NCBI GenBank assembly: GCA_976226885.1
Contig: OZ320314.1
Location: 89,218,001-89,282,000, forward strand
Direction: 5' to 3'
DNA length: 64,000 nt
Source of the DNA: Iphione sp. A-MEVVRFRX5
Taxonomy: Eukaryota
Shown here: positions 10,595-21,469 of the stretch, in pieces
How positions within the stretch are numbered: the first letter of the stretch is position 1
Layout: every line of letters begins with the position of its first letter
Made by a program: the position numbers and the translations under genes
The notes under the pieces: model-generated
The model's input: the letters and a program-made list of their open reading frames with translations, nothing else
Database searches by the model: none
What the model was told of the DNA's origin: nothing

Positions 10595-12670
10595 ATGCCG
10601 CAGGACGAGGCCCGCCTTTGCCAGATCTGTGGCTATACCACAGAGCACGCGTCCAACTTCAAGCGCCACAAGAGGAAGCATGCTAGGGAGGGGTTCGTAA
10701 GGATATGCCCTGTTCCTCGCTCCCGGGGGGCGCATTTCGGCCGTCGGGATGACTTCCGGTGGCACCTGGAGAAACAGCACGCCCAGGAGGCCGAGCGACC
10801 ACTGGAACTGGGCCAGTCAGTGGACGTGGTCTACATGGACCTCACCAAAAGAGAGATCATCCCCGTGCCGCCTGAGAAGGAAGCAGAGTACCAACGCCAG
10901 CGGAAGGTTGAAGCCTATGAGAGGACCAAGGAGCTGGCCATGAGCCGGGGGGAGACCCTGCCGACCCGGCCTAAGCTAGGACGTCTCCCTCCTTCGACGG
11001 CGCCAGCTGCTGCTGGGGCCCCACCACCCGAGGACTCAGATTCTGAGGAAGAAGAAGAGGAGGAGGAAGAAAAAGAGGTGGTGGAGACTCGCCAGCTTCG
11101 GCCTCGGACGGGAAGGGGCGCCCAAGTCTCTTCCACGGTGTCTACGCCCGGGGGATCGAGGACTCCTGCTACCCCGGTATCCATGGCTTCCATTGAGGCT
11201 CAGCTTTATGAACTGGACATGTCCCCCGGGGCTCCCCTTCGGGGAGTCGGACGAGGGATCCGGCAGCGGGAACCATCTCCCTCTACTTCCACGAGCTCCA
11301 TTGCGCCCGCCCTTTCCTCTATCCCTGGGGTGGCGTGGATCAGGGTATTGGCGAGAGGACGGGCCAGAATGATGTCACCGCCAGAGGAGGAAGACCCACT
11401 TACCCCTGGTCATGGCTGGGATCTGGCTGCTATGAGAGAGGAGGCCCGGGGAAAAAGGAAGTACCAGCCGCATACCAGCCCCATTACCCCGGCCAGCCTG
11501 CCTTCACTGGCGAAGAAGGGTGCCGCTTCGTCGACGATGTCTCCACTGCACCGAGCCTTGGTTACGTCCGGGATTAAAGGCCAGGGCTTTACCCCCCAGT
11601 CCACCCTAGGCTCTGCGGGCTCCTCCTCCTACAGCTCTGCGGCGAAGGAGTTGGACAAGCGGTTGGGAGAGGGCTGGGAGAATGTGGAGAGGTCCGAACA
11701 GCCCCGTGACGTCATAGTCATAGGGTCCGACCCAGACTTGGATGAGGAAGGAGGCGGAGGCCAGGATGAGACGGTCGCTTCTAGCACCCTGGCCACTGAG
11801 TTGAGCCATAGCCCTGAAGGCACTTGCGGCCGGGTGTGCTATGCTCGACTCGAGATGACTGGGGGAGTCATCGAAGAGGAGTCAGAGGAGGACTTACCTA
11901 CCGAAGAGGAAGCGGCAACTACCTTGGCGGAGCTCGGCGGTGGCCCATCTGCCTTCGAGGCGGAACCCCGGCCGGACTCCGGTGTCTTCCGGCCGGGGTG
12001 GAGTAAGTCAGTGGAATCCGGCCAAGGCAGAGTCCCCCCGGGGTCCCTCAGTCGGCAGGGCAAGACAGAACCACCGCCTGACACAAGCGTCCGCGGTTCG
12101 ATAAGGACGATGGAGTCTGTTAGCCCCCCAGCACTCCCGGGACGACGGGAGAAGGAGAGTCAGTGGCCAGACTCCCCTCCCACGGATAAGGAGGTTCCCT
12201 CCTGGGCACCCCCAGGACGACGAGAGGAGGAGGGGGAGCAACCGGCCCCTCCTCCACCGGACCTGGAGGTCCCCCCCCGGCACCCCCGGGATGAGATGAA
12301 GAGGGGGGGCAGCCAGCCCCTCCTCCGACGGACCAGGAGGTCCTCCCCTCGGCACCCCCGGGACGACGAGATGAAGAGGGGGGGCAGCCAGCCCCTCCTC
12401 CGACGGACCAGAAGGTCCTCCCCCCGGCACCCCCGGGACGACGAGAACGAGAAGGAGTATGACCCACTACCTCGGCGGGCCGAGAGGCCTTCCCCCCGGC
12501 ACCCCCGGGACGACGAGAGCAGACCACCCACTCCATGTTGGTGGAGCGACGCCCAGGGTTTATGGCTGGACTGTTGCGGTGAGACCAGGCGGTCCCGCCC
12601 TTGGCTACTAGCACACCAGCCCCGGCTGGACCCTTCCGCCCGGAGACGTAGTCAGGCGGGCCAGTACTAG
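10595..12670 (+). CDS. Gypsy-1 accessory ORF3: two N-terminal C2H2 zinc fingers plus a long acidic/Pro/Ser-rich disordered region; probably continued to 13043 before a frameshift
   Basis: 691-codon ORF with CQICGYTTEHASNFKRHKRKH and CPVPRSRGAHFGRRDDFRWHLEKQH (second Cys degenerate); lies between integrase and PPT inside the LTRs. Confidence 0.8.
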   Translation: MPQDEARLCQICGYTTEHASNFKRHKRKHAREGFVRICPVPRSRGAHFGRRDDFRWHLEKQHAQEAERPLELGQSVDVVYMDLTKREIIPVPPEKEAEYQRQRKVEAYERTKELAMSRGETLPTRPKLGRLPPSTAPAAAGAPPPEDSDSEEEEEEEEEKEVVETRQLRPRTGRGAQVSSTVSTPGGSRTPATPVSMASIEAQLYELDMSPGAPLRGVGRGIRQREPSPSTSTSSIAPALSSIPGVAWIRVLARGRARMMSPPEEEDPLTPGHGWDLAAMREEARGKRKYQPHTSPITPASLPSLAKKGAASSTMSPLHRALVTSGIKGQGFTPQSTLGSAGSSSYSSAAKELDKRLGEGWENVERSEQPRDVIVIGSDPDLDEEGGGGQDETVASSTLATELSHSPEGTCGRVCYARLEMTGGVIEEESEEDLPTEEEAATTLAELGGGPSAFEAEPRPDSGVFRPGWSKSVESGQGRVPPGSLSRQGKTEPPPDTSVRGSIRTMESVSPPALPGRREKESQWPDSPPTDKEVPSWAPPGRREEEGEQPAPPPPDLEVPPRHPRDEMKRGGSQPLLRRTRRSSPRHPRDDEMKRGGSQPLLRRTRRSSPRHPRDDENEKEYDPLPRRAERPSPRHPRDDESRPPTPCWWSDAQGLWLDCCGETRRSRPWLLAHQPRLDPSARRRSQAGQY
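12260..12520 (+). repeat. Coding tandem repeat (PRHPRDDE-containing units) inside ORF3
   Basis: CGGCACCCCCGGGA recurs four times; two ~63-bp units are nearly identical. Confidence 0.85.
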
Positions 12671-13145
12671 GCCCGTCGCCTGTCGCCAGTTGAGACTGGA
12701 GTCGGCGGAGGTGCCGGGGCCGATAGTCCGCTGGGCTCAGGCCCAAGTTGTGACCCCCCTTTCGGTCCCCCCTGCCGGATGGCGGCTGCTCTCGGCACGG
12801 GGGACGGCGACGGTCACTCCACAGATGAACAGCACCTTGGTACGGGTCCGACAAGGGGTGCAGCTCCGCCTTCGGGCCCCGGACCCGGCTACAGCAGGGT
12901 CCCCGAGTGAGCAGCTGCAAAGACACGGGCGGGAAGAGCCCCGGGTGCGCCCCATGCTGGAACTGACTGCCCATGTGTCGGAGACCGATCAGTTGGAAGA
13001 GGAGTTTCAGGTCTCCATGGAGAGGCCGACTGGGGACCAGTAGAGGTCCCCTGTCTTAGTGATCTTTCTTTTTCTTGGCTGTTACGTAGTTACTTCTTGT
13101 TGCATGTTTTCTCTTCTGCATGTTGCTCAGGGACTGAGCCGTCTT

Positions 13146-13157
13146 AGAGGGGGGCAG
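13146..13157 (+). promoter_or_regulatory. Polypurine tract of Gypsy-1
   Basis: AGAGGGGGGCAG immediately before the 3' LTR. Confidence 0.85.
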
Positions 13158-13370
13158 TGTTGGGCTCCGCCCGGGTTTGTATCATGTTCCGCCCTGCGGA
13201 GTGTTTTCGTACCGGATTTATTCTGATCTCGTGGGGACTGCGCCTGGAGTTGCATTCATGTATAAATAGGAGCCGGGCGGAGTGCCGTTGGTCATTCACT
13301 TCTTGCATGTTGAGGAATAAACCTTTAAAAAGTGTACCAATTCGTCATGTCTCTTCGATCGGGGCGAACA
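13158..13370 (+). repeat. 3' LTR of Gypsy-1
   Basis: Direct repeat of 6187-6399, followed by the ATCT TSD. Confidence 0.97.
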
Positions 13371-14270
13371 ATCTCAAACAATAACATTTTCTATATATTC
13401 GGTATAAGATTTCACATACATGCAGCAATGAGTAAAAAAGAGGTCATCAAATTTGTAAACAAAAGATGCATGATACTACATACTCTAATACTTAAAGTAA
13501 CCCACTAATAACAGTTCCGAGTTGCCGCGCAAAGTTATAAAGGGAACGGAATGACAACTAAATGTAACACAAGGATCCTTGTCACTCTCCTGTAAGCTTT
13601 CAATACTATAATGCCTTAATGTAGTTTTCTTCTTCAATGTTAACATTTATAATAATTTTGTCCTATTGTCCTAGAGAAACGGTATGGAAGTCACAGGGAA
13701 AATAATTATGGTCTAGTGCAACTAAAATGCAACAAACCACTACATGAGCCAGACATTTTTGGTTTACAGACCATTCCGTGTTTTATCACTTAGAAAGAAT
13801 GGAACTGGTGCTATGAAGGAGCACTACTGAAATACGATATGCATAGGTTATGGACCAATATTGTGTAGCGGAGCGATGGTCATGCTCTGCTTTGTGTCAT
13901 TTCCGGAGCATTAGTGGGTTTGTAAGAGCATAGTTTTGCATACCAGAGCTGGTCACGTGACTGCTGTTAGGTGCTCTGTTACTTATTCTGTTATCTGTTA
14001 CCAGAGTGAACAATCAAAAGTGATGGAGAGGCTATTTCTACCAATTGTCTTATGTAACTTTCTACAAATAACCATGCCACCTGATCTACTCAGGAGTATA
14101 TGAGGCTGCACCATTTTTGTGAATAAAGACATTCTCTCATGCACATTACAAGAGAGTTACAGCCAGTCACATTCAGCATATGGAGTGAACGAGATATTTC
14201 TATGCTAACTGTTGTTATTTTGTGATGCATCACTTATCGGAGACCAGGCACATGTTACAATTGTGTGGTC

Positions 14271-14641
14271 ACCCTCCCTATGAGGACACCTGTGAACAAA
14301 TCAGCTCAGCTTTTGACAGAATCCCAAATAAGCTATGCCACCTTTAATACAGGGATAAATCTATCTGATCGATTACATACCCATGTGAGCATTTACTAAT
14401 AACTATATATAACATTGCCCTGCTTGTAATGGATTTGAGGCCCAAGTTATTGACACTTCTATAATTTCTATACTGGCATTTGGTGTTGTGGAGGCGCCTT
14501 ACCCCGGCCGGCCACCTTGCCTCCAAATCGCATGATGTTAGCATGCCACTGTCATGCTACTTTTCATACATGATTTGTTGTCCCTCTGTCACAGGCCATT
14601 GACATGACTATGCCGTACCATCTAAGACGGTAGACTGGTAT
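14271..14641. repeat. Left copy of a 371-bp direct repeat flanking a LINE
   Basis: Matches 16559-16929; one substitution seen by eye (ctatctgatc vs caatctgatc). Confidence 0.95.
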
Positions 14642-16558
14642 ATATATATATATATCTTTATTTATCCTGGCAAATTCATACATTTTGTATTCGCAGCCAG
14701 TTCAGTTATTCAACAAATCTTTTTACATATCTAACTCATATCAAACAGAAAATATAGAAAAAAATAGAAATGTAGAAAAAAATTATAAAAAGCTAAACTA
14801 AACGTTAGTACAGCCTATTTCATATCATCTACTTCACACACTGGGCAATTATATTCTCTTCACGGAATTTAGTTAAGTTCTTGCCGATCTGTTACATTTA
14901 TACACAGGGTTAGACAAAGTCCTCTCCAGTCAATATATTGTAATTTGATCATGGATTACATCCTTTCCATTAGCGTTTATGCATAGTGTTAGACATAGTC
15001 CTCTCCAGTCAAGTTGTAAGTTAATCATGGATGACATCCTTTCCACTGGCGCTTCATAGATAATGAGATTTGAACTATTCTATTTGATTAATTATGTTCT
15101 TGGACTACGTCCTTACCAATTTGTTCACATTTTAAGGTACATAGTAGTTTGCAGCTACCCTTTTACTCCTCCGAACTCTTTTCCAGAGAGATTTCATCCT
15201 TAATTCATTATAGTTACTTTCTTCATATGTAAGATTCATCCATATCTCTTGGAACCTATAAATTGCTGACCTTTTAACACCTTCTCTTTTTGGCCTACAC
15301 ATTGGAATCTTTCTCTTTCGGTCTTGCCTTGTCCTAGTGTTAGTGTGAATGTCTTCATCTGGGTATTGTAATTCATAGTAGTAATAACCAAGTCTTAATA
15401 TTGTGGAATCTCTTATTCCATCCATCTCAGCTACTACCTCTGCTCTAGTTGGTACCGGATTTGGCAAATAGCAAACCCTGTAGATCATGCGCCTCAGGGA
15501 TATCAACTTCTCATACATCTTACCTTTTTCATTTACAAACAAAAACGATCCATAATCAATTACTGGTAGTATCATTGCTCTTACTATCTTTTGGGCATAA
15601 TATTGTGATATAAATTTTCTAATCAATTTAAAATGCTTCAATCTCGCATACCCTTTTTTTTAGCAGTTCCTTAATTTGGGGTCCCCAAGTTAGTTTACTT
15701 GTTATGACTACTCCAAGGTATTTGAAATAGTCAACTTGTTCCAAATCATGACCACCAATAGTTAAATCTAAGTTTATTTTTATATTACCATAACTAAAAT
15801 TCATAACCTTGGTTTTACATAGGTTAATCAGGATTCTATTTGCAGTTGCCCAATCATTAATATGGTTCAAATCATTTTGCATGTTACACACAGCTGATGT
15901 GGCCGTATCTCCTCTAGCAATTATTGCAACATCGTCTGCATATAGGTAGCATATGGATGTCTCTAATACTTTCGGAAGATCATTAATAAATATAAGGAAC
16001 ATTAGGGGTCCTAAAATGGACCCCTGGGGTACACCACATGTAATTCTAGCTTCTGTCGAATATGCTTCTTCAATTTTTGTACATTGCCATCGATTATCCG
16101 GATAACTTCTCATTAGCGGGATTATATCCTCAGCTCCTATATTATGTAACTTTGTCAGTATGACATCGTGACTAACCGAATCAAATGCTTTTGAAAAGTC
16201 AATGAAACATCCTAAAACTCTTTTATTTTCATTTAAATTTGCACTAATGTTTGTAAGAAGTGCGAAAATTGCTGAGTCCGTACCCTTACCAGGACGAAAA
16301 CCAAACTGTTCACCTGCCAATAAATCTTCATTTTCCAGATAATTCATTAAGCGATCATATATTATTCTTTCCAGTATTTTTACTGGATATGGAAGTTGGC
16401 TTATCCGGCGATAATTATTAGCATTAGTACTACTTCCTGATTTGAATAACGGAGTAATAACAGCTGTTGTCCACTCTCGTGGAAATTCACAGTCTCTTAT
16501 TATTTCATTCATTAAATGTAACAACTCCCATTTCAATATATTAAATGCAGTTTTCAAA
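14642..16558 (-). mobile_element. 5'-truncated CR1/L2-like LINE (RT domain, 3'UTR stem-loop, AATAAA and (TA)n tail)
   Basis: QFGFRPGK, DFSKAFDSV, GVPQGSILGP, YADD, FKYLGV; one frameshift near 15640; the minus-strand 3' end has a CTGGC...GCCAG hairpin, then AATAAA and (TA)n. Confidence 0.92.
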
Positions 16559-16929
16559 ACCCTCCCTATGAGGACACCTGTGAACAAATCAGCTCAGCTT
16601 TTGACAGAATCCCAAATAAGCTATGCCACCTTTAATACAGGGATAAATCAATCTGATCGATTACATACCCATGTGAGCATTTACTAATAACTATATATAA
16701 CATTGCCCTGCTTGTAATGGATTTGAGGCCCAAGTTATTGACACTTCTATAATTTCTATACTGGCATTTGGTGTTGTGGAGGCGCCTTACCCCGGCCGGC
16801 CACCTTGCCTCCAAATCGCATGATGTTAGCATGCCACTGTCATGCTACTTTTCATACATGATTTGTTGTCCCTCTGTCACAGGCCATTGACATGACTATG
16901 CCGTACCATCTAAGACGGTAGACTGGTAT
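16559..16929. repeat. Right copy of the 371-bp direct repeat
   Basis: Matches 14271-14641. Confidence 0.95.
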
Positions 16930-17087
16930 CCAGTCCCTTGATGTCTATTAAGGTAGGAACGACTCCTACCCCATCTAACGGATAATGATGGAACTAGCTG
17001 CATGCGCATTAGGTGCATGGCACTACATTAAACGTTTGTATGCTTGTTCAGCGGTTCCAGTTTATGATTATCCTTGATGCCTGGACG

Positions 17088-17781
17088 AGGGTGTACGACG
17101 TTTTATCGAATCCCACTATATCGAATGGCCCTTTGATCGAACAGACTTTTTATCGATAGGACATTTCATCGACCGACCTTATATCGAATCTCACTATATC
17201 AAATCTATATCTGCCTATCACTCCTCTTCTCTCTCTACCTATGTATCTCTCTCCCCCTCTCTGTCCCTCTACCTGTCTCCCCCTCTCCCTCTTGCTCTCT
17301 CTCCTCCCCCTCTCCCTCTTGCCCTCTCCTTTTTCTCTTGCTCTTTCTCTACCCTTCCTCTCTAACTTTCCCTTCCACCCTCTCTATACCTCTTTCTCTC
17401 TCTACTAGTCTCTTTCTCTCTCCCATTCGCTCATTCTCTTCATACCCCTCTCTCTTACCCTCTACTTCTCTCTCTCCCCTCTCTCTTGCTCTACCTCTAT
17501 GTCTCTGCCTTCCATTCTCCCTTTTCCTTCTTTCTCTAGCTCTATTCTCTTCTCTATCTTCATCCGTCTCTATCTTTCTCTCCCTCCTCTATCCTCTATC
17601 TCTATCTTTCTCTCTCCTCTGTCTACCTCACTCTTTACCTTTCCCTGCAGGCTCTGAAGCCCCCCCCCCCACCCCCCGAACAGTTTTCGATATAAATTTT
17701 CGATATGGAGTCTTTCGATAAAACGTCCAATCGATAAAGTGTCCCTTCGATATTGTGGGATTTGATATGCAGTCGGTCACC
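17088..17781. mobile_element. MITE-like element with long imperfect TIRs built of ATCGA units and a central (CT)-rich microsatellite
   Basis: 17095-17205 is an imperfect reverse complement of 17690-17775; pyrimidine-rich tract at 17220-17645. Confidence 0.55.
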
Positions 17782-18164
17782 GCTGGAGGGTGGGCATTCC
17801 ACTCAGAAATACCTGTACACCAAAAGCTAGTGGTGCAGACCTCTGGTTTTGGTTTTCCGAATGACGGTTGTAATGGTCATCAGTGTAAATAGCTGACATT
17901 CTGTATAGCCGTCAATGGTCGTTTATGGCCAGTATTTTTCTGTAAATACAGGTGGCCCCCGTCATCCGGAGGGGTACTGGAATGCGAAATTTTGTCCGGA
18001 TGACGGTGATTCCGGAGTGGGGAAAAGTGCATCATGCGTTCCTGGTAGGGAAAATTGTCATAATAGTAAAGCATGGGAACATTATTGAACTTGAATTATA
18101 TTATTGATTATCGATCTACAAGTATCGCCTGGTATCATGTATATTCCCATGTATCTCCTGGTGG

Positions 18165-18350
18165 GAAAAAACGGCAAAATTCATGGAGATTGAGGCATAT
18201 TCCATGGAGAAAGTGTCAAAAACGGCAAATTTCAAGGAGAAAGTGACAAAAAAGGCAAACTTCATGGAGATTGAGGCATATTCCATGGAAAAGTGTCAAA
18301 AAACGGCAAATTCCAAGGAGAAAGTGACAAAAAATGGCAAATTTCAGGGA
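18165..18350. repeat. Minisatellite
   Basis: Repeated AAAACGGCAAA...CATGGAGATTGAGGCATATTCCATGGA units. Confidence 0.8.
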
Positions 18351-19199
18351 GAATGTATCATTTCTTTGTTCTCTGCGCTATGTTGTCTCCTCCTTTAGGA
18401 GGTCACCACCCATGCGTCACTCTTATGTAATCATCTTGCACGTCTGTATTTGACTTTGAACATACATTACTCGCTCTGCGCTGTGTTGTTTCTTCTTTTA
18501 GGAGTGTCTGACCTGCATTTCACTGTTATATAATCATCTCGACCATCTGTATATGACTTTGAACCTCTGATGGTCGCTCTGTGCTTTGTTGTCTCTACGT
18601 TTAGGAGTGTCGCACATCTCTGACGTTTTCTTTGTTCTCTCTAGTCCGGTTAACTGCATGTATTTCCTATGTTAAATGCTCTAAAATGAACGTAAATATC
18701 GTCTGAATACAGAAAGCAAGTCTCCGGTTAAACAGTGAAAATAATATAGAAAAACACTTGGTAATTCAAAAACCCTCCGGTTAGGACGATATTCTGGAAA
18801 CGATGGGTCAGGTGGGGGGGGGGGGGCACCTGTATAGCTAACCCTAACCACTGCTGGGCATATTGACTGACCACCCTGGCCTTATATACCTGGCCATAAG
18901 TTACACCGGCCACTCTGACTGGTACTGTTCTTAATGTGGCTGCAGATTTCCTAGTTTTGCAAGAGTTCATTACAACCAATTTAAGAAGCTTATCGTATTC
19001 AATTTAGACATGTTCCAGTGACTTTAAACTGAAGACCATAGTCAAAGTTGGGTGTCAGGAATGTTTTAAACATTCCTACTCTGTCCCAAACCCTTCCTGA
19101 GGCATGACCTCTTGCCCTAGCCCTCCTTATATTGTCGACCATATACTTTCACAAAAGCATGTAATTAATTAGGTACTCTAAGAAGAAAGTATGGTCATA

Positions 19200-20095
19200 C
19201 TTTGTATGATCAGTAAAGGTATATCACAAACCGACAGATGCCCACCTATACCTCGACTTCTCCTCTCATCACCCCACCCATCAGAAGGTGTCCATAGCAT
19301 ATTCCCAAGACATTCGGCTCAGGACGATATGCTCAGACATAACGGATTATGACACAAGTAGCAAACAACTCCTAAAGGCACTTACCCTATGGGGCCACCC
19401 ACATGCCAAAAGCAAGGTAGCTATTGCGAAGGTAAGATCACTGGACAGATCTGAACTCTTGCTGAAAAAGAAAAACAAAGATGACCTAGTTATTCCATTT
19501 GTTTTGGAATATAATCAAGCCCATTTGACTGCCCCATCGCTAACAAAACAAGCTTTCGCCTACATTACGGCTGACCAAAACCCAGTGGTCCACAAACACA
19601 AGGCACTAGTTGCCTTTAAAAGAACACATAACCTCAGGGACATACTCACCAGTTCACAGTTTCCTCATCCAAAAACACTACCAGCTGGCAGCCGACCCTG
19701 TTTTCGACCGCGATGCAGGGAATGCGTCAACATACACACAACATCTGAAATCACGTCCTCACACAATCAGAAAACATTCCGCATCGTAGGAAATAACTGT
19801 TGCACCACCACGAGCATAGTATATGTACTGATTTGCCCTGTATGCCACCAACAATATGTTGGTGAAACAGGGCAAACAGCGAGCACCCATATACGGGAAC
19901 ACAAGTACAATCTATGCACACATCGACAAGATGCGCCCTGTATAGGGCACCTCCTGGACCAAGATGTTGACCCCAATAAAATAATCGTAATCCTGGTTGA
20001 CTCATCAGCCTCTTCAAAAAGCAAGACTCAGATTGGAAGAGTCTTGGATATGAGGTCCAGAGACCACGGCACTGCAAGGCTTGAGCGCAATCCTA
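19200..20095 (+). mobile_element. Penelope-like element fragment: RT C-terminus plus GIY-YIG endonuclease
   Basis: VYHKPTDAHLYLDFSSHHP, VIPFVLEYN, CFRPRCREC, IVYVLICPVCHQQYVGETGQ..HIREH, and a frameshifted RLRLEESWI...LQGL end. Confidence 0.9.
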
Positions 20096-20281
20096 TAGCG
20101 CGAAATCCCCGTTACCATGGGAGACCCTCCTTCATGACGCAATCAAGGTTTTTGATTACGTCACACTCGAAGTACCGAAACGGCTCATTCACCGTACCTT
20201 AGGATGTTGAGAACAGCATTGTGTTTACTCCGCCACCGCCGAACGATTCATCTACGTCGCATACTCCGACAATACCTCAAC

Positions 20282-21469
20282 ATGACCTCTCCAGCCACCG
20301 CCAAAACCATAAGATGCCCACAAACACGCTGCCGGGCATGGTTTATGACAGACAGGTCATTACTTTGCCACTTAAACTCCGTGCACTGCTTTGAGGACGA
20401 GTCGACACCCGACACCCCCACCACAATTGGTAAGCTACAGTGTACTTGTGGAAGATTGTACTCCAAATGATACAACCTTAGACGCCACCAACTATCATTC
20501 CACAGCTTCCAGTTTGAAATTGAAAACAATGTTAAGGCAGTAGCTAAGAAATCGAAGAAACCAGTATCATGTAAACTCTGGCGTACTAACTCAATAACAC
20601 CTGAAAATGTTACATTCCGAGTGATCCCCGCCGCTCCTGTTTACAGGGACCCTCGATGCCCTGAAGGACGGTGCCGGACTGACGAGTACATCCACACCCA
20701 CACCACGAACATGGCAGACCGACGCCCAGAGTGTACCCATGCCATCTAAGATGAACCAAGCAAGCGCCCCGCCCCAACAACAACCAAGGATGCCGAAGGT
20801 TACTCCAGAATTGATGCAGAAACATCCAACCATGAAACCCAAGAATCGCCACACTCCGGATGTGACCCAGCCTGTGCACCTGTCGGGGGTGCATTCATCA
20901 ATACAAGTGGGGCAGTTGAAAAGCCAGATGCAGCCTACAACATCATCTACAGCCAGTAAACCAGCTCCTGCAATGGTGACAAAGCCTGACCATGTGGTGA
21001 GTCTGTCAGACACGGACTCCAGCGACAGCGATGAAGAAAACAACCCGCTAGATGCTGACTTGCAAGTTTCATCAAGTGACTCTGACACTGACTTAGAGTC
21101 GAGTGACGCACGCTTTAAAGACAATCCGAACAACCCTTCGGGATCCACCAACACAGCATCGTCAGTTGCACCTCTCACAACACAACCTACCAAGACTGAC
21201 CGCTGGCCAACAACAAGTAAAGTGTCAAACACACTCCGGACACTTTCCAACAACATCTGGTCGAATAGACCCGAAGAGTGCCATGCTGACAAGAGACAAC
21301 ATGAGAAGCCACGACCGGTTTCTCAATGCACCAACGACAAGAAATACCCAGAAGAATACATACCCAAGTATATCGCACTAAAAAGACCCAGACAGGATGA
21401 CTATCGACAGTGTGAGCATCGCCAGACAGATGATCGATGTCGGGTTGAATATATTCCAACCCCCATTAA
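20282..21469 (+). pseudogene. C2H2 zinc-finger ORF with a long S/T/P-rich and acidic tail, interrupted by piggyBac
   Basis: CPQTRCRAWFMTDRSLLCHLNSVH and CTCGRLYSK*YNLRRHQLSFH; one TGA (20468-20470), a probable frameshift near 20650, then ORF 20739+ with an SDTDSSDSDEE tract. Confidence 0.65.

Larger units (their letters stand above)
6187..13370 (+). mobile_element. Ty3/Gypsy LTR retrotransposon 1: complete ends, internally deleted pol, extra 3' ORF
   Basis: Two 213-bp TG...CA LTRs, ATCT TSD (6183-6186, 13371-13374), PBS, PPT, and gag, RNase H and integrase homology. Confidence 0.97.

Noticed and set aside
6354-12974. Many long antisense or alternative-frame ORFs over Gypsy-1
   Set aside because: Expected shadows of GC-rich coding sequence; no motifs.
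13864-14150. Possible solo LTR (TGTA...TACA with AATAAA)
   Set aside because: No matching TSD and no second copy in the window.
19030-19060. CTGAAGA motif upstream of the Penelope ORF as a second hammerhead
   Set aside because: No GAAA core or stem I pairing.
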